Shown here in pieces: positions 41,201-55,500 of a DNA stretch of 64,000 bases (within the stretch, counting starts at the first letter, position 1; every line of letters begins with the position of its first letter). This DNA is from the human T2T-CHM13v2.0 reference genome, Homo sapiens. Made by a program: the position numbers and the translations under genes. The notes under the pieces were generated by a model. That model was not told the DNA's origin and did not search any database. It was given only the letters and a program-made list of their open reading frames with translations. The DNA lies in NCBI RefSeq assembly GCF_009914755.1, contig NC_060925.1. One strand, written 5' to 3'.

Positions 41201-43752
41201 TTGGCTCCCTGGTTTCAGATCCCTTTCCAAGGCAGTGAATGGTTCTGTCTCACTGGGGTTCCAGGCACCACTAGGGTACCAAAAAAGCAAACAAACAAAA
41301 AAACTCCTACAGCTAGCTCGGTGTCTGCCTGAACAGCTGCCCAGTTTTGTGCTTGAAACCCAGGGCCCTGGTAGTATATGCACACGAGGGAATCTCCTGG
41401 TCTGTGGATTGCAAAAGCCATGGGAAAAGCATAGTATCTGGGCCAGGTAGCACAATTCCTCACAGATTCCCTTGGCTGGGAAAAGGAGGCCCCTGGCTCC
41501 TTGCACTTCCTGGGTGAGGCAACTCCCCACCCTGCTTTTGCTCACCCTCTGTGGGCTGGACCCAATGAGATGAACAGGGTACCCCAGTTGGAAATGCAGA
41601 AATCAGTCCATTCCAAGATGGCCGAATAGGAATAGCTCCGGTCTGCAGCTCCTAGCGTGATCAATGCAGAAGATGGTGGTTTCTGCATTTCCAACTGGGG
41701 TATCAGGTTCATCTCTTTGGGACTTGTTGGACAGTGGGTGCAGCCCATGGAGGGTGAGCCAAAGCAGGGTGGGGCATCACCTCCCCCAGGAAGCACAAGG
41801 GGTCAGGGGATTTCCCTTTCCTAGCCAAGGGAAGCCGTGACAGACTGTACCTGGAAAATTGGGACACCCCCACCCTAATACTGTGATTTTTCAATGATCT
41901 TAGCAAACGGCACACCAGGAGATTATATCCTGTATCTGGATTGGTGGGTCCCATGCTCATGGAGCCTTGCTGACTGCTAGCACAGCAGTCTGAGATAGAC
42001 CTGCAAGGCAGCAGCCTGGCAGGGCAAGGGGTGTCCACCATTGCTGAGGCTTGACTAGGTAAACAAAGTGGCTGGGGAAGCTCAAACTGGGCAGAGCTCA
42101 CTGCAGCTCTGCAAGGTCTGCTGCCTCTGTAGACCCCACCTCTCGGGGCAGGGCATAGCTGAACAAAAGGCAGCAGAAACTTCTGCAGACTTAAACGTCC
42201 CTGTCTGACAGCTCTTAAGAGAGCAGTGGTTCTCCCAGTCCAGTGTTTGAGCCCTGAGAACAGACAGACTGCCTCCTCAAGTGGGTCCCTGAACTCTGTG
42301 TAGCCTAACTGGGAGACACCTCCCAGTAGGGGCTGACTGACACCTCATACAGGCAGGTGCCCCTCTGGGATGAAGCTTCTAGAGGAAGGATCAGGCAGCA
42401 ATATTTGCTCTTCTGCAGCCTCTGCTGGTGATACCCAGGCAAACAGGGTCTGGAGTGGACCTCTAGCAAACTCCAACAGACCTGCAGCTGAGAGACCTGT
42501 CTCTAAGAAGGAAAACTAACAAACAGAAAGGAATAGCATCAACAACAACAAAAAGGACATCCACACCAAAACCCCATCGGTAGGTCACCAGCATCAAAGA
42601 CCAAAGGTAGATAAAACCACAAAGATGGGAGAAACCAGAGCAGACAAGCTGAAAATTCTAAAAACCAGAGTGCCTCTTCTCCTCCAAAGGATCACAGCTC
42701 CTTGCCAGGAATGGAACAAAGCTGGATGGAGTATGACTTTGATAAGCTGACAGAAGTAGGCTTCAGAAGGTCTGTAATAACAAACTTCTCCGAGTTAAAG
42801 GAAGTTGTTCAAACCCATTGCAAGGAAGCTAAAAACCTTGAAAAAAGATTAGACAAATGGCTAACTAGAATAAACAGTGTAGAGAAGACCTGAAATGACC
42901 TGATGGAGCTGAAAACCATGGCACAAGAACTTGGTGACACATGGACAAACTTCAATACATGATTTGATCAAGTGGAGGAAAGGGTGTCAGTGATTGAAGA
43001 TAAAATTAATGAAATAAAGTGAGAAGAGAAATTTAAAGAAAAAAGAGTAAAAAGAAATGAACAAAGCCTCTAAGAAATATGGGACTATGTGTTGGGAACA
43101 AACCCCCCAAAATCTGGCCATATACTGGCTCCAAAACTGTCCATAAACAAAACCTCTGCAGCACTGTGACATGTTCATGATGGCCATAATGCCCACACTG
43201 GAAAGTTGTGGGTTTACCGGAATGAGGGCAAGGAATACCTGGCCCACCCAGGGTGGAAAACTGCTTAAAGGCATTCTTAAGCCACAAACAATAGCATGAG
43301 TGATCTGTGCCTTAAGGACATGCTCCTGCTGCAGTTAACTAGCCCAATCTATTCCTTTAATTCGGCCCGTCCCTTTGTTTCCCATAAGGGATACTTTCAG
43401 TTAATTTAATATCTATAGAAAAAATGCTAATGACTGGCTTGCTGTTAATAAATACATGGGTACATCTCTGTTCAAGGCTCTCAGCTCTGAAGGCTGTGAG
43501 ACCCCTGATTTCCCACTTCACACCTCTATATTTCTGTGTGTGTGTCTTTAATTCCTCTAGCGCCGCTGGGTTAGGGTCTCCCCGACTGAGCTGGTCTTGG
43601 CAAGTGGCGTCCATCGTGGGGGCTCAAATCCAGGTTGAAGGGTCACCAGAGCAATGGTTGGAGAATGTGGAACTAGCTGGAGGACACCCGAGTACTCTTA
43701 AAGCAATCCCCGTGGTGAGTAAGAAGGGGAGCTCGGAAGCATCAGGGTAACA

Positions 43753-44470
43753 ATGGGACAAGTGTGGGCTGTGATTCATTCCACCTTGGAACTTTTTCAC
43801 ACTGATGATGCGGAGGAAGGAGAGTATAATGAAGTAACAGAAGAGGTTACAGACCAGGTTTATTTGCCAGCTAAAGCTAAAGCGGCAAAGGAGGGAGAGG
43901 TTCATCCCTACCCTTGTGTTCCCCCTCATTATTTTGAAGAAAATGACCCTCCAGATCTTTCTTTTCCGGAGAACACTGGGCGAAAAGTAGTTGCCCCAGT
44001 GACTGTTTGAGCAGTGCCTTGAGCGATCGCTCTTAGTTCTATTCAGGCAGGAATTCAGCAAGCTAGATGAGAGGGTGATTTAGAGGCTTGGCAGTTCCCT
44101 GTTAGAATACACCCCCCCAGATCAACAAGGAAATATTATAGCTACATTTGAGCCTTTTCCTTTTAAATTACTCAAAGAATTTAAACAAGCTATTCATACT
44201 AAAAAAGAATGTAGAAATAATCAGCGAGTCAGGCTGCCAGATAGGGGAAAAAAGAAAACTGCTGAGTCTGAAATATGTCCAAAATATAAAAAAGGAAAAC
44301 ATTGGGCTAATCAGTGTCACTCTAAGTTTGATAAAGAAGGGAACCTGATTTCGGAAAAAACCATGAGGGGCCCATCCCAGGCCCCATTCTAAACTGGGGC
44401 ATTTCCAGTGCAGGCCATTCTCTCACCCCCATACAATGTCTGTCCCCCACCACAGCCAGTAGTGCCACAG
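43753..44470 (+). pseudogene. gag: HERV-K gag remnant (largely deleted)
   Basis: MGQVWA start; NC zinc-knuckle remnant (CPKYKKGKHWANQC); stops and frameshifts. Confidence 0.75.
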
Positions 44471-45278
44471 TAGATTTATGCTGCACAAAATCTGTGAGCC
44501 TTCTGCCTGGGGAACCCCCACAAAAGGTCCCAACAGGAGTCTGTGGACCCTTGCAGAGGGTATGATATGATCACTTCTAGGAAGTTCTAGTTTAAATTTA
44601 AGAGGGGTACAAATACATACAGGAGTCATTGATTCAGATTACAATGGGGAAATTCAAATTGTTATATCTACTTCTGTTCCCTGGAAAGCAGAGCCAGGAG
44701 AGGGCGTAGCACAGCTCCTGATTGTGCCGTATGTGGAAATGGGGAAAAGTGAAATTAAATGAACAGGAGGATTTGGAAGTACAAATAAACAAGGCAAAGT
44801 AGCTTACTGGGTGAATCAAATTACTGATAAACGTCCTACTTGTGAAATAACTATTCAGGGAAAGAAATTTAAAGGTTTGGTAGATACAGGAGTGGACATT
44901 TCAATCATTTCTCTACAGCACTGGCCATCTGCATGGCCAATTCAACCCACTCAATTTAATATAGTTGGAGTTGGTAAAGTCCCTGAAGTATATCAAAGTA
45001 GTTATATTTTGCATTGTGAAGGGCCTGATGGACAACATGGGACTATTCAACCAATTATAACTTCTGTACCTATAAATTTATGGGGAAGAGATTTATTACA
45101 GCAATGGGGAGCAAAAGTTCTAATTCCAGAACAATTATATAGCCCTCAAAGTCAACATATAATGCATGAAATGTGGTATGTCCCTGGTATGGGACTAGAA
45201 AAAAATTTGCAAGATTTGAAAGAACCACTTCAAACAGAAAGACAAAGTTCTTGCCAAAGATTAAGATATCATTTTTGA
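44470..45278 (+). pseudogene. pro: HERV-K dUTPase-protease remnant
   Basis: GVIDSDYNGEI dUTPase motif; FKGLVDTGVD protease active site; INLWGRDLL. Confidence 0.85.
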
Positions 45279-45279
45279 T

Positions 45280-47849
45280 GGTGGCCATTGTTAAGCCTCC
45301 AGAACCTATACCTTGAAAATGGTTAACAGATAAGCCAATTTGGGTAGAACAATGGCTGCTAAGTAAAGAGAAACTGGAGGCTTTAGAGAAATTAGTTACT
45401 GAACAATTAGAAAACGGGCACATAGCTCCAACATTTTCGACTTGGAATTCTCCAGTTTTCCTAATTAAGAAAAAATCAGGTAAATGGAGAATGTTAACTG
45501 ACTTAAGAGTTATCAACTCAGTTATACAACCTATGGGAGCATTACAGCCAGGATTGCCTTCTCCTGCTATAATTCCAAAAAATTGACTTTAATAGTCATA
45601 GATTTAAAAGACTGTTTCTTTACTATCCCTTTAGCTGAGCAAGACTATGAACGGTTTGCATTTATAATTCCTGCAGTAAACAACCTGCAGCCTGCTAAGC
45701 ATTATCATTGGAATGTGTTGCCACAGAGCATGTTAAACAGTCCAACTATTTGCCAGACCTATGTAGGGCAAGCCATTGAACCTACTAGTAAAAAATTTTC
45801 ACAGTGTTACATTATTCATTTTATGGATGATATATTTGTGCTGCCCCCACTCGAGAAATATTACTCCAATGTTAGATCACTTGCAAAATTCGATTTCTTG
45901 TGCTGGCTTAGTTATATTTCCTGACAAAATTCATACTACTCCTCCTTACTCTTACTTGGGGACCTTAGTAAATGACACTACCACTGTGCCACAGAAAGCA
46001 ACCATACATAGGGATCAATTAAAAACATTAAATGACTTTTCAAAAATTACTAAGGGACATTAATTGGATATGACCTGCTCCAGGCATTCCTACCTATGCC
46101 CTGAGTAATCTGTTTTCTATCCTTAGAGAAAATCCCAGTCTCACTAGCCCTCGGCAATTAACAAATGAGGCTGAGGCAGAGTTACAGCTAATTGAGAAGC
46201 AAATCCATAAAGCTCAAATAAATAGAATAGATCCAGAGAAGACTCTAGATTTGCTAATTTTTTCAACTCAGCATTCACCTACTGGTGTTATTGTACAAGA
46301 ACAGGACTTAGTATACTGAGTGGCTTTTTCTTCCACATGCTAATTCACGGACTCTAACTCCTTATTTAGATCAAATCACTAATATGATAGGGATTGGGAG
46401 AACTCAGATTATTAAATTACATGGATATGATCCTGGAAAAATTATTGTCCCTCTCAAGAAGGCACAAATACAGCAAGCTTTTATAAATAGTCTTACTTGG
46501 CAAACCCATTTAGCTGATTATTCTTGATAATCATTTTCCTAAAATGAAACTGTTTCAGTTTTTGAAATTAACTAATTGGATTCTCCCTAAAATAACTAAA
46601 TTTAAACCAATTGAAGGTGCCAAGAATATTTTTACAGATGGGTCTAGTAATGGTAAAGCTTCTTATTTTGGCTCAAAAAAGTAAAGTTTTCCAGACGCCT
46701 TATACTTCAGCTCAAAAAGCAGAGCTCGTAGCTGTAACTGAAGTATTGACTTCTTCTGATATGCTTATTAATGTGATTTCTGATTCTTCATATGTGGTTC
46801 ATTCCACACAGTTAATTGAAAATGCTCAGTTACGATTCATACAGATGAACAACTGATGACTTTTTTTACCCAATTGCAAACAGCAGTTAGAAGTAGAATG
46901 CATCCTTTTTACATCACTCACATTAGGGCTCATACACCTCTTCCAGGACCTTTGACTGAAGGAAGTTAAATGGCTGATTGCCTAGTCGCTAATGCAATAT
47001 CTAATGCTAGACACTTTCACAATTTAACCCATGTTAATGCCTCTGGTCTCAAACGCAGATACGGCATTACCTGGAAAGAAGCTAAAGCTATTATCCAGCG
47101 ATGCCCAACTTGCCAAATGGTACATTCCTCATCTTTTACAGGAAGAGTTAATCCTTGAGGATTGGAACCTAACTCCCTTTGGCAAGTGGATGTCACACAT
47201 TCCCTCGTTTGGGAGACTAGCTTATGTACATGTATGTGTGGTCACGTTTTCTCATTTTGTCTGTGCTACATGCCAATCAGGAGAGTCTTCTGCCTGTGTT
47301 AAACGTCACCTTTTGCAGTGTTTTGCGGTGATGGGCATTCCAGGTTCTATTAAAACAGATAATGCCCCAGGCTATACTAGCCAAGCTCTAGCTACATTTT
47401 TATCTATGTGGAATATTAAACACATTACTGGTATCCCATACAATTCTCAAGGACAAGCCATAGTGGAAAGAATGAATCTTTCCCTAAAACAGCAGTTGCA
47501 AAAGCAGAAAGTGGGAAACAGAGAACATGGAACCCCACAGATGCAAGTGAATCTAGCATTATTAACTTTAATTTTTTTGAGCCTGCCCAAAAGCCAGATG
47601 TTATCAGCAGCTGAACAGCATCTACAGAAACCAGCTGCAAAGATGGAAGCAGAACAACTGATTTGGTGGAGAGATCCAATAACAAAAAGTTGGGAAATAG
47701 GTAAAAGAATAACTTGGGGGAGAGGTTATGCTTGTGTTTCTCCAGGCCAAAATCAACAGCCAATTTGGATACCATCAAGACACCTGAAACCTTATCATGA
47801 GCCAGATTCCAGGAGGATCCTGAGGACCCTCTGGTTGCAGCCATGTTGA
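45280..47849 (+). pseudogene. pol: HERV-K pol remnant (RT, RNase H, IN)
   Basis: [31 protein letters not shown] region, [23 protein letters not shown]; multiple frameshifts. Confidence 0.9.
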
Positions 47850-48845
47850 GACCGATGCTGAGGAGGACCCCAACTGTCATGAGCAACACCTGTTGAACAC
47901 AGCCAATTACCTGGGGACAGATCAAGAAGCTGTCACAGATGGTGGAAGAAAACCTGAGGAAAGCAGGAAAACCAGTCGCAACGAGTAATTTAATGGTAGC
48001 TATGATAGCAGTTGTCACCACTGCCATGAGTATTCCTTCAACAAGGGCTGACACAGAGAACCATTATACTTATTGGACATATTTATCAATCCTGGCTGGT
48101 AATAATGCCTGGATATAATCACTCTATGACACAGTTACACATGCTTTCTGGTCTCAGTATTTAACATAATAAATCTGCTCCTATAATTGAGGCATACCAC
48201 CCTCAAAAACCTATTTGTAAACAAAATTGAACCTGGCCAGAAATAATGAAGGTACTTGTTTAGGAATATTGCATTGCAGAACAGGCAGAGGTGCTGCGCA
48301 AAGATTCCTATGGAATCATTATTAATTGGTCCCCTAAGGGGATGTTTAGCTGGAATTGCACCTCCAAGTCCGCATGCCATGGCCACACTATGTTCAGCTG
48401 ATCTGAACAAAACGGTCAGATGGTAGAAATGATAAGAAGTATGGCAAGAGTTCCTATTACCTGGAGCCATGGTAGTATAGTGGCACCTCTACCACAAATG
48501 ATATGGCCCGCTGTAGGAGCTAAACACAAGGATTTGTGGAAATTATTAATAGTTCCTAATAAGATCAAAATTTGGGAAAGAATAAAAAAGCATATAGAAA
48601 GACACTCTACAAATTTGTCTTTGGATACTGCAAAATTAAAAGAACAAATATTTAAAGCATCCCAGCAACACCTGACCTTAATGCCAGGAACTGGAGTGCC
48701 TAAAGGAGCTGAAGACAAATTAGCAGCTAGTAACCCATTAAAATGGATAAAAACACTTGGAAGCTCTGTAATTTCAATGATGATTGTGCTTTTGTATAGT
48801 CTGCAGATGTGGATCCTGACTCCTGTGAGAAGTAGCTCACGGTGA
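47850..48845 (+). pseudogene. env: HERV-K env remnant (internally deleted)
   Basis: PITWGQIKKLSQ, LWKLL and NPLKWIKTLG segments. Confidence 0.75.
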
Positions 48846-51800
48846 CAAAGCTGCCTTTGCTTTTACTGATTTGCAAATCAAAGAAGGGGGACATCAGGGG
48901 AACAAACCCCCCAAAATCTGGCCATATACTTGCTCCAAAACTGGCCATAAACAAAATCTCTGCAGCACTGTGACATGTTCATCATGGCCATAATGCCCAC
49001 ACTGGAAGGTTGTGGGTTTACCGGAATGAGGGCAAGGAACACCTGGCCTGCCCAGGGTGGAAAACTGCTTAAAGGCATTCTTAAGCCACAAACAATAGCA
49101 TGAGCAATCTGTGCCTTAAGGACATGCTCCTGCTGCAGTTAACTAGCCCAACCTATTCCTTTAATTCGGCCCATCCCTTCGTTTCCCATAAGGGATACTT
49201 TTAGTTAGTTTAATATCTACAGAAACAATGCTAATAACTGGCTTGCTGTTAATAAATAGGTTGATAAATCTCTGTTCAAGGCTCTCAGCTCTGAAGGCTG
49301 TGAGACCCCTGATTTCCCACTTCACATCTCTATATTTCTATGTGTGTGTCTTTAATTCCTCTAGTGCCGTTGGGTTAATGTCTCTCTGACCGAGCTGGTC
49401 TCAGCACTATGTGAAAAGACCAGCTCTACATTTGATTGGTGTAGCTGAAAGTGACGGGGAGAATGGAACCAAGTTGGAAAACACTCTTCAGGATATTATA
49501 CAGGAGAACTTCTCCAACCTAGCAAGGCAGGCCAACATTCAAATTCAGGAAATACAGAGAACATCACTAAGATACTCCTCCAGAAGAACAACCCCAAGAC
49601 ACATAATTGTCAGATTCACCAAGGTTGAAATGAAGGAAAAATTGTTAAGAGTAGCCAGAGAGAAAGGTCAGGTTACCCACAAAGGGAAGCCCATCAGACT
49701 AACAGCAGATCTCTCAGCAGAAACTCTACAAGGCAGGAGAGAGTGGGGGCTAATATTCAACATTCTTAAAGAAAAGAATTTTCAACCCAGATTTGATATC
49801 CAGCCAAACTAAGTTTCGTAAGTGAAGGAGAAATAAAATCCTTTACAGACAAGCAAATGCTGAGAGATTTTGTCACCACCAGGCCTGCCTTACAAGAGCT
49901 CCTGAAGGAAGCACTAAACATGGAAAGGAACAACCGGTACCAGCCACTGCAAAAACATACCAAATTGTAAAGACCATCAATGCTAGGAAGAAACTGCATC
50001 AACTAATGGGCAAAATAACCAGCTAACGTCATGATGACAGGATCAAATTCACACATAACAATATTAACCTTAAATATAAATGGGCTAAATGCCCCAATTA
50101 AAAGACACATACTGGCAAATTGGATAAACAGTGAAGACCCATCAGTGTGCTGTATTCAGAAGACCCAACTCACGTGCAGAGACACACATAGGTGCAAAAT
50201 AAAGGGAAGGAGGAAGATCTACCAAGCAAATGGAAAGGAAAAAAAGCAGGGATTGCAATCCTAGTCTCTGATAAAACAGACTTTAAACCAACAAAAATCA
50301 AAAGAGACAAAGAAGGCCATTACATAATGGTCAATGGATCAATTCAACAAGAAGAGCCAACTATGCTAAATATATATGCACCCAATACAGGAGCACCCAG
50401 ATTCATAGAGCAAGTTCTTAGACACGTACAAAGAGACTTAGACTCCTACACAATAATAATGGGAGACTTTAACACCCCACAGTCAATAGAAGATAGATCA
50501 ACAAGACAGGGTTAACAAGAATATCCAGGACTTGAACTCAGCTCTGCACCAAGCAGACCTAATAGACATCCACAGAGCTCTCCATCCCAAATCAACAGAA
50601 TATACATTCTTCTCAGCATCACATCGCACTTATCCCAAAATTGACCACATAGTTGGAAGTAAAGCACTCCTTAGCAAATGTAAAAGAACAGAAGTCACAA
50701 CCAACTGTCTCTCAGACCACAGTGCAATCAAATTAGAACTCAGGATTAAGAAATTCACTAAAAACTGCACAACTACATGGAAACTGAACAACCTGCTCCT
50801 AATGACTACTGGATAAATAACGAAATGAACGCAGAAATAAAGATGTTCTTTGAAACGAATGAGAACAAAGACACAACTTACCAGAATCTCTGCGACACAT
50901 TTAAAGCAGTATATAGAGGGAAATTTAAGCACTAAATGCCCACAAGAGAAAGCAGGAAAGATCTAAAATTGACACCCTAACATCACAATTAAAAGAACTA
51001 CAGAAGAAATAGCAAGCAAATTCAAAAGCTAGCAGAAGGCAAGAAATAACTAAGATCAGAGCAGAACTGAAGGAGATAGAGATACAAAATCCCTTTAAAA
51101 AACCAATGAATCCAGGAACTGGTTTTTTGAAAAGATCAACAAAATTGATAGCCCCCTAGCAAGAATAATAAAGAAGAAAAGAGAGAAGAATCAAATAGAC
51201 GCAATAAGAAATGATAAAGGGATATCACCACTGATCCCACAGAAATACAAACTACCACCAGAAAATACTATAAGCACCTCTATGCAAATAAACTAGAAAA
51301 TCTAGAAGAAATGAATAAATTCCTGGACACATACACCCTCCGAAGACTAATCCAGGAGGAAGTTGAATCTCTGAATAGACCAATAACAGGCTCTGAAATT
51401 GAGGCAATAATGAATAGCCTACCAACCAAAAAAAGTCCAGGACCAGACGGATTCACAGCCAAATTCTACCAGAGGTATGAAGAGGAGCTGGTATCATTCC
51501 TTCTGAAGCAATTCCAGTCAATAGAAAAAGAGGCAATCCTCCCTAATGCATTTTATGAGGCCAGCGTCATCCTGATACCAAAGCCTGGCAGAGACACAAC
51601 AAAAAAAGAGAATTTTAGACCAATGTCCCTGATGAACATTGATGCAAAAATCCTTAATAAAATACTGGCAAACAAATCCAGCAGCACATCTAAAAGCTTA
51701 TCCACCATGATCAAGTTGGCTTCATGCCTGGGATACAAGGCTGGTTCAACATACACAAATCAATAAACATAATCCATCACATAAACAGAACCAAAGACAG

Positions 51801-52002
51801 AAACCACATGATTATATCAATAGATGCAGAAAAGGCCTTTGACAAAATTCAACAGTGCTTCATGCTAAAAGCTCTCAATAAACTAGGTATTGATGTGGTG
51901 TATCTCAAAATAATAAGAGCTATTTATGACAAACTCACACCCAATATCATACTGAATGGGCAAAAACTGGAAGCATTCACTTTGAAAACTGGCATGAGAT
52001 AG

Positions 52003-52101
<99 letters not shown>

Positions 52102-53977
52102 TAGGAATTCAAATTGTCCCTGTTTGCAGATGACATGATTGTATATTTAGAAAACCACATCGTCTCAGCCCCAAATCTCCTTAAGCTGATAAACAACTTC
52201 AGCAAAGTCTCAGGATACAAAATCAATGTGCAAAAATCACAAGCATTCCTATATACAAATAATAGACAAATAGAGAGCCAAATCATGAGTGAACTCCTAT
52301 TCACAATTGCTACAAAGAGAATAAAATACCCAGGAATCCAACTTACAAGGGATGTGAAGGAGCTCTTCAAGGAGAACTACAAACCACTGCTCAACGAAAT
52401 AAAAGAGGACACAAATAAATGGAAGAACATTCCATGCTCATGGATAGGAATAATGAATATCATGAAAATGGCCATAATGCCCAAGGTAATTTATAGATTC
52501 AATGCCATCCCCATCAAGCTATCAATGACTTTCTTCACAGAAGTGGAAAAAAATACTTTAAAGTTTATATGGAATCAAAAAAGAGCCTGCATTGCCAAGA
52601 CAATCCTAAGCAAAAAGAACAAAGCTGGAGGCATCAGGCTACCTGACTTCAAACTATACTACAGGCTACAGTAACAAAAACAGCATGGTACTGGTACCAA
52701 AACTGAGAGATAGACCAATGGAACAGAACAGAGGCCTCAGAAATAACACCACACATCTCAAAAAAAGAAAAAAAAGTCAGGAAACAACAGATGCTGGAGA
52801 GGATGTGGAGAAATAGGAATATTTTACACTGTTGGTGGCAGTGTAAACTAGTTCAACCATTATGGAAGACAGTATGGTGATTCCTCAAGGATTTAGAACT
52901 AGAAATACCATTTGACCCAGTGATCCTATTGCTGGGTATATACCCAAAGGATTATAAATCATGCTATTATAAAGACACATGCACACGTATGTTTATTGCA
53001 GCACTATTCACAATAGCAAAAACTTGGAACCAACCCAAATGTCCATCAATGATAGACTGGATTAAGAAAATGTGGCACATATACACCATGGAATACTATG
53101 AAGCCATAAAAAAGGATGAATTCATGTCCTTTGCAGGGACATGGATGAAGCTGGAAACCATCATTCTGAGCAAACTATCACAAGGACAGAAAAACAAACA
53201 CTGCATGTTCTCACTCATAGGTGGGAATTGAACAATGAGAACACTTGGACACAGGGTGGGGAACATCACACATGGGGGCCTGTCATGGGTTGGGGGGCAG
53301 GGGGAGGGATAGCATTAGGAGAAATACCTAATGTAAATGATGAGTTAATGGGTGCAGCAAACCAACATGGCACATGTATACCTATGTAACAAACCTGCGG
53401 GATGGGCACATGTACCCTAGAACTTAAAATATAACTAAAAAAAAAAAAAAAAAAGGAAATGCAGAAATCACCCATCTTCTGTGTTGGTCTCACTGGGAGC
53501 TGCAGACCAGAGCTATTCCTATTTGGCCATCTTGCCAGATCTCCTGTTCTTTTTTTCATTATTGAGTTTTAAGAATTCTTTGTGTATTTTGGAGAATAGT
53601 TCTTTATCATATATGTCTTTTACAACAAGTAGCTTCCTCCCTCATCTCTTTACTCTTTTCCACATAATCCTATTTATTTCCTTCTTGGCAGTTATCTCAA
53701 TCTTGAGTACCTATTTATTTAGGTGTTTTATTTTTTGGGTTAACTAAAAGAAGGATGAGAAGTGGAGATCTGTAGGCTTCTTAGGTAGGGGAGACTTAAG
53801 ACTTTCCTTGTTTTTGCCACTCCTCTACTTGTTTTCCCCCTGAGAGATGATGTGTGAGTTCTGATCCTCTGGAAGCAGATGCCAAGATGTAGTTGGAAAT
53901 GTGAGACATATATGGGGCAAAATAGCCATGAAAGCTAATGGGGGCAATTGAGAAAGGAGTAGGGAAAGAGAGTAAGT

Positions 53978-54629
53978 TGAAGCAGGGCAGGTGAACCCCA
54001 AAATTGGGGCTTAGCCTGGGAGGGTTCTTGGCTTCACCCAGGAAGGAATTCAAGGCTGAGTTGGTGGTGTTAGCAACTTTTATTCAAACAACAGTATACA
54101 GCAGCAGTAGAGGTACTGCTTCTTGAGGATCAGGGCTACTCCATAGGCAGTGTGCCCAGAGTAGCAGCTCAGAGGCAGTTCTGTAGTCATAGTTACACCC
54201 ACTTTTAACCACATGTAAATTAAGGGATGGATTATGCAGCAATTTCTGGGAAAATGTTGATAACTTCTGGGTCATCACGTTGCCATGGAAAGGAGCGATA
54301 ACTTCCAGGTGTTGCCATGGCAATGGTAAACTGACACAGCACACTGGTGGATGTGTCTTATGGGAAGCTGTTTCTGATAAAGAATGGCTGGGTTCCCAGC
54401 TAAACCCCACCCTCAAGCTTGGAACCTTGGCCCTAAGTGAAAATAGTGGACACAGCCCAGCCTGAAGGGTCAGCTGTTTTCACTTAGGGCCAAGGTTCCA
54501 AGCTTGAGGGTGGGGTTTAGCTGGGAGCTCAGCAGTTCTGTATCACTTCTACCCTGATACTGTTTTAGTTCTCAGTTTGGTCTGGTGTCCAAGCCCCATC
54601 TCTGGAGTCAAGTCCCACCTCCTACCTCA
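53978..54629 (-). mobile_element. Solo ERV1 LTR (LTR19-like) carrying an internal fold-back insert
   Basis: Minus-strand 3' end GCCAAGAACCCTCCCAGGCTAAGCCCCAATTTTGGGGTTCACCTGCCCTGCTTCA. Confidence 0.7.
54375..54545. repeat. Inverted repeat with perfect 50-bp arms (54394-54443 / 54477-54526)
   Basis: TCCCAGCTAAACCCCACCCTCAAGCTTGGAACCTTGGCCCTAAGTGAAAA and its exact reverse complement, 33-nt spacer. Confidence 0.95.
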
Positions 54630-55500
54630 AAAGAAGAGAGAAAAGGAAGGAACATTGGGTAGGAAGAAGCTCAAACTGTGGCACAGCTCTGAGAATGTCT
54701 CAGCAATCTGATGAGGAGTTCTCAGGTGAACTATGCCCATTAGAGGAGTCCTGCACTGGGAAACAATTACCTGGCTCTAGTCCCCTGTCATCACCATCAT
54801 GGGAAGAGCACTGGAGAACATGGCTTTTTCATGAATACTGCGGCATATCCCAAAGGAACATGGGCTTGGGGCTGTCCACTAAGCACACTCCTTGAACAGG
54901 TTCTAATTTGAGGGGAGAGCTGATTGGTGCTGTCCAAGATTGTCACAGGAAGGGTTACTCTGGATTGGTTGGACTTAAGGACACTGAGCCTTTTTTTTTT
55001 TTTCTGTTGGATGGGTCGTTGAGCATTAAAAGCTTAAGGATAGAAGGTAGAGCAACCAGAACTCTCACACCTTGCTGGTGGGAATGTAAAATGGAACAAG
55101 CACTTTGGAAAGAAATTTGACCTGCTTTGTAACATTAAACATAAGCTTATCTGTTGAGCAAACATTTCCAGTCCTAGGTATTTATTTAAGAGAAATAAAA
55201 ACTTAATTTTTACACAGATACTTATAAAAGAATACTCATCACAATTTTATTCAAAGTACCCCAGTACTGGAAATAGCAAAAATGTCCATTATCAGGAGAA
55301 TGCATAAACAAATTGTAGCATGTGCATGCTATAGAAACCTACTCAGCAATAAAGAACAAATTACTGATATATAGCAAGTTTGCCAAAGGGATACATCCAG
55401 GTAATCCTCATCTGATCACAATGTAGAACATTAGACAAAGTTTCTTTGTGTCCCTTCCCAGTCAATTCCTTTCTCTGGATATATTAGCTTGCTTGGGCTG

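Larger units (their letters stand above)
43090..49406 (+). mobile_element. HERV-K(HML-3)/HERVK9 provirus with MER9 LTRs, defective
   Basis: Two 513-bp LTRs (43090-43602, 48894-49406); Lys-tRNA-like PBS TGGCGTCCATCGTGGGGG at 43605; PPT AAAGAAGGGGG; TSD CTATG. Confidence 0.93.

Noticed and set aside
47031-47849. 272-aa ORF as a domesticated integrase
   Set aside because: The N-terminus is off frame, the HHCC region is separated by a frameshift and stop, and the first catalytic Asp region is lost.
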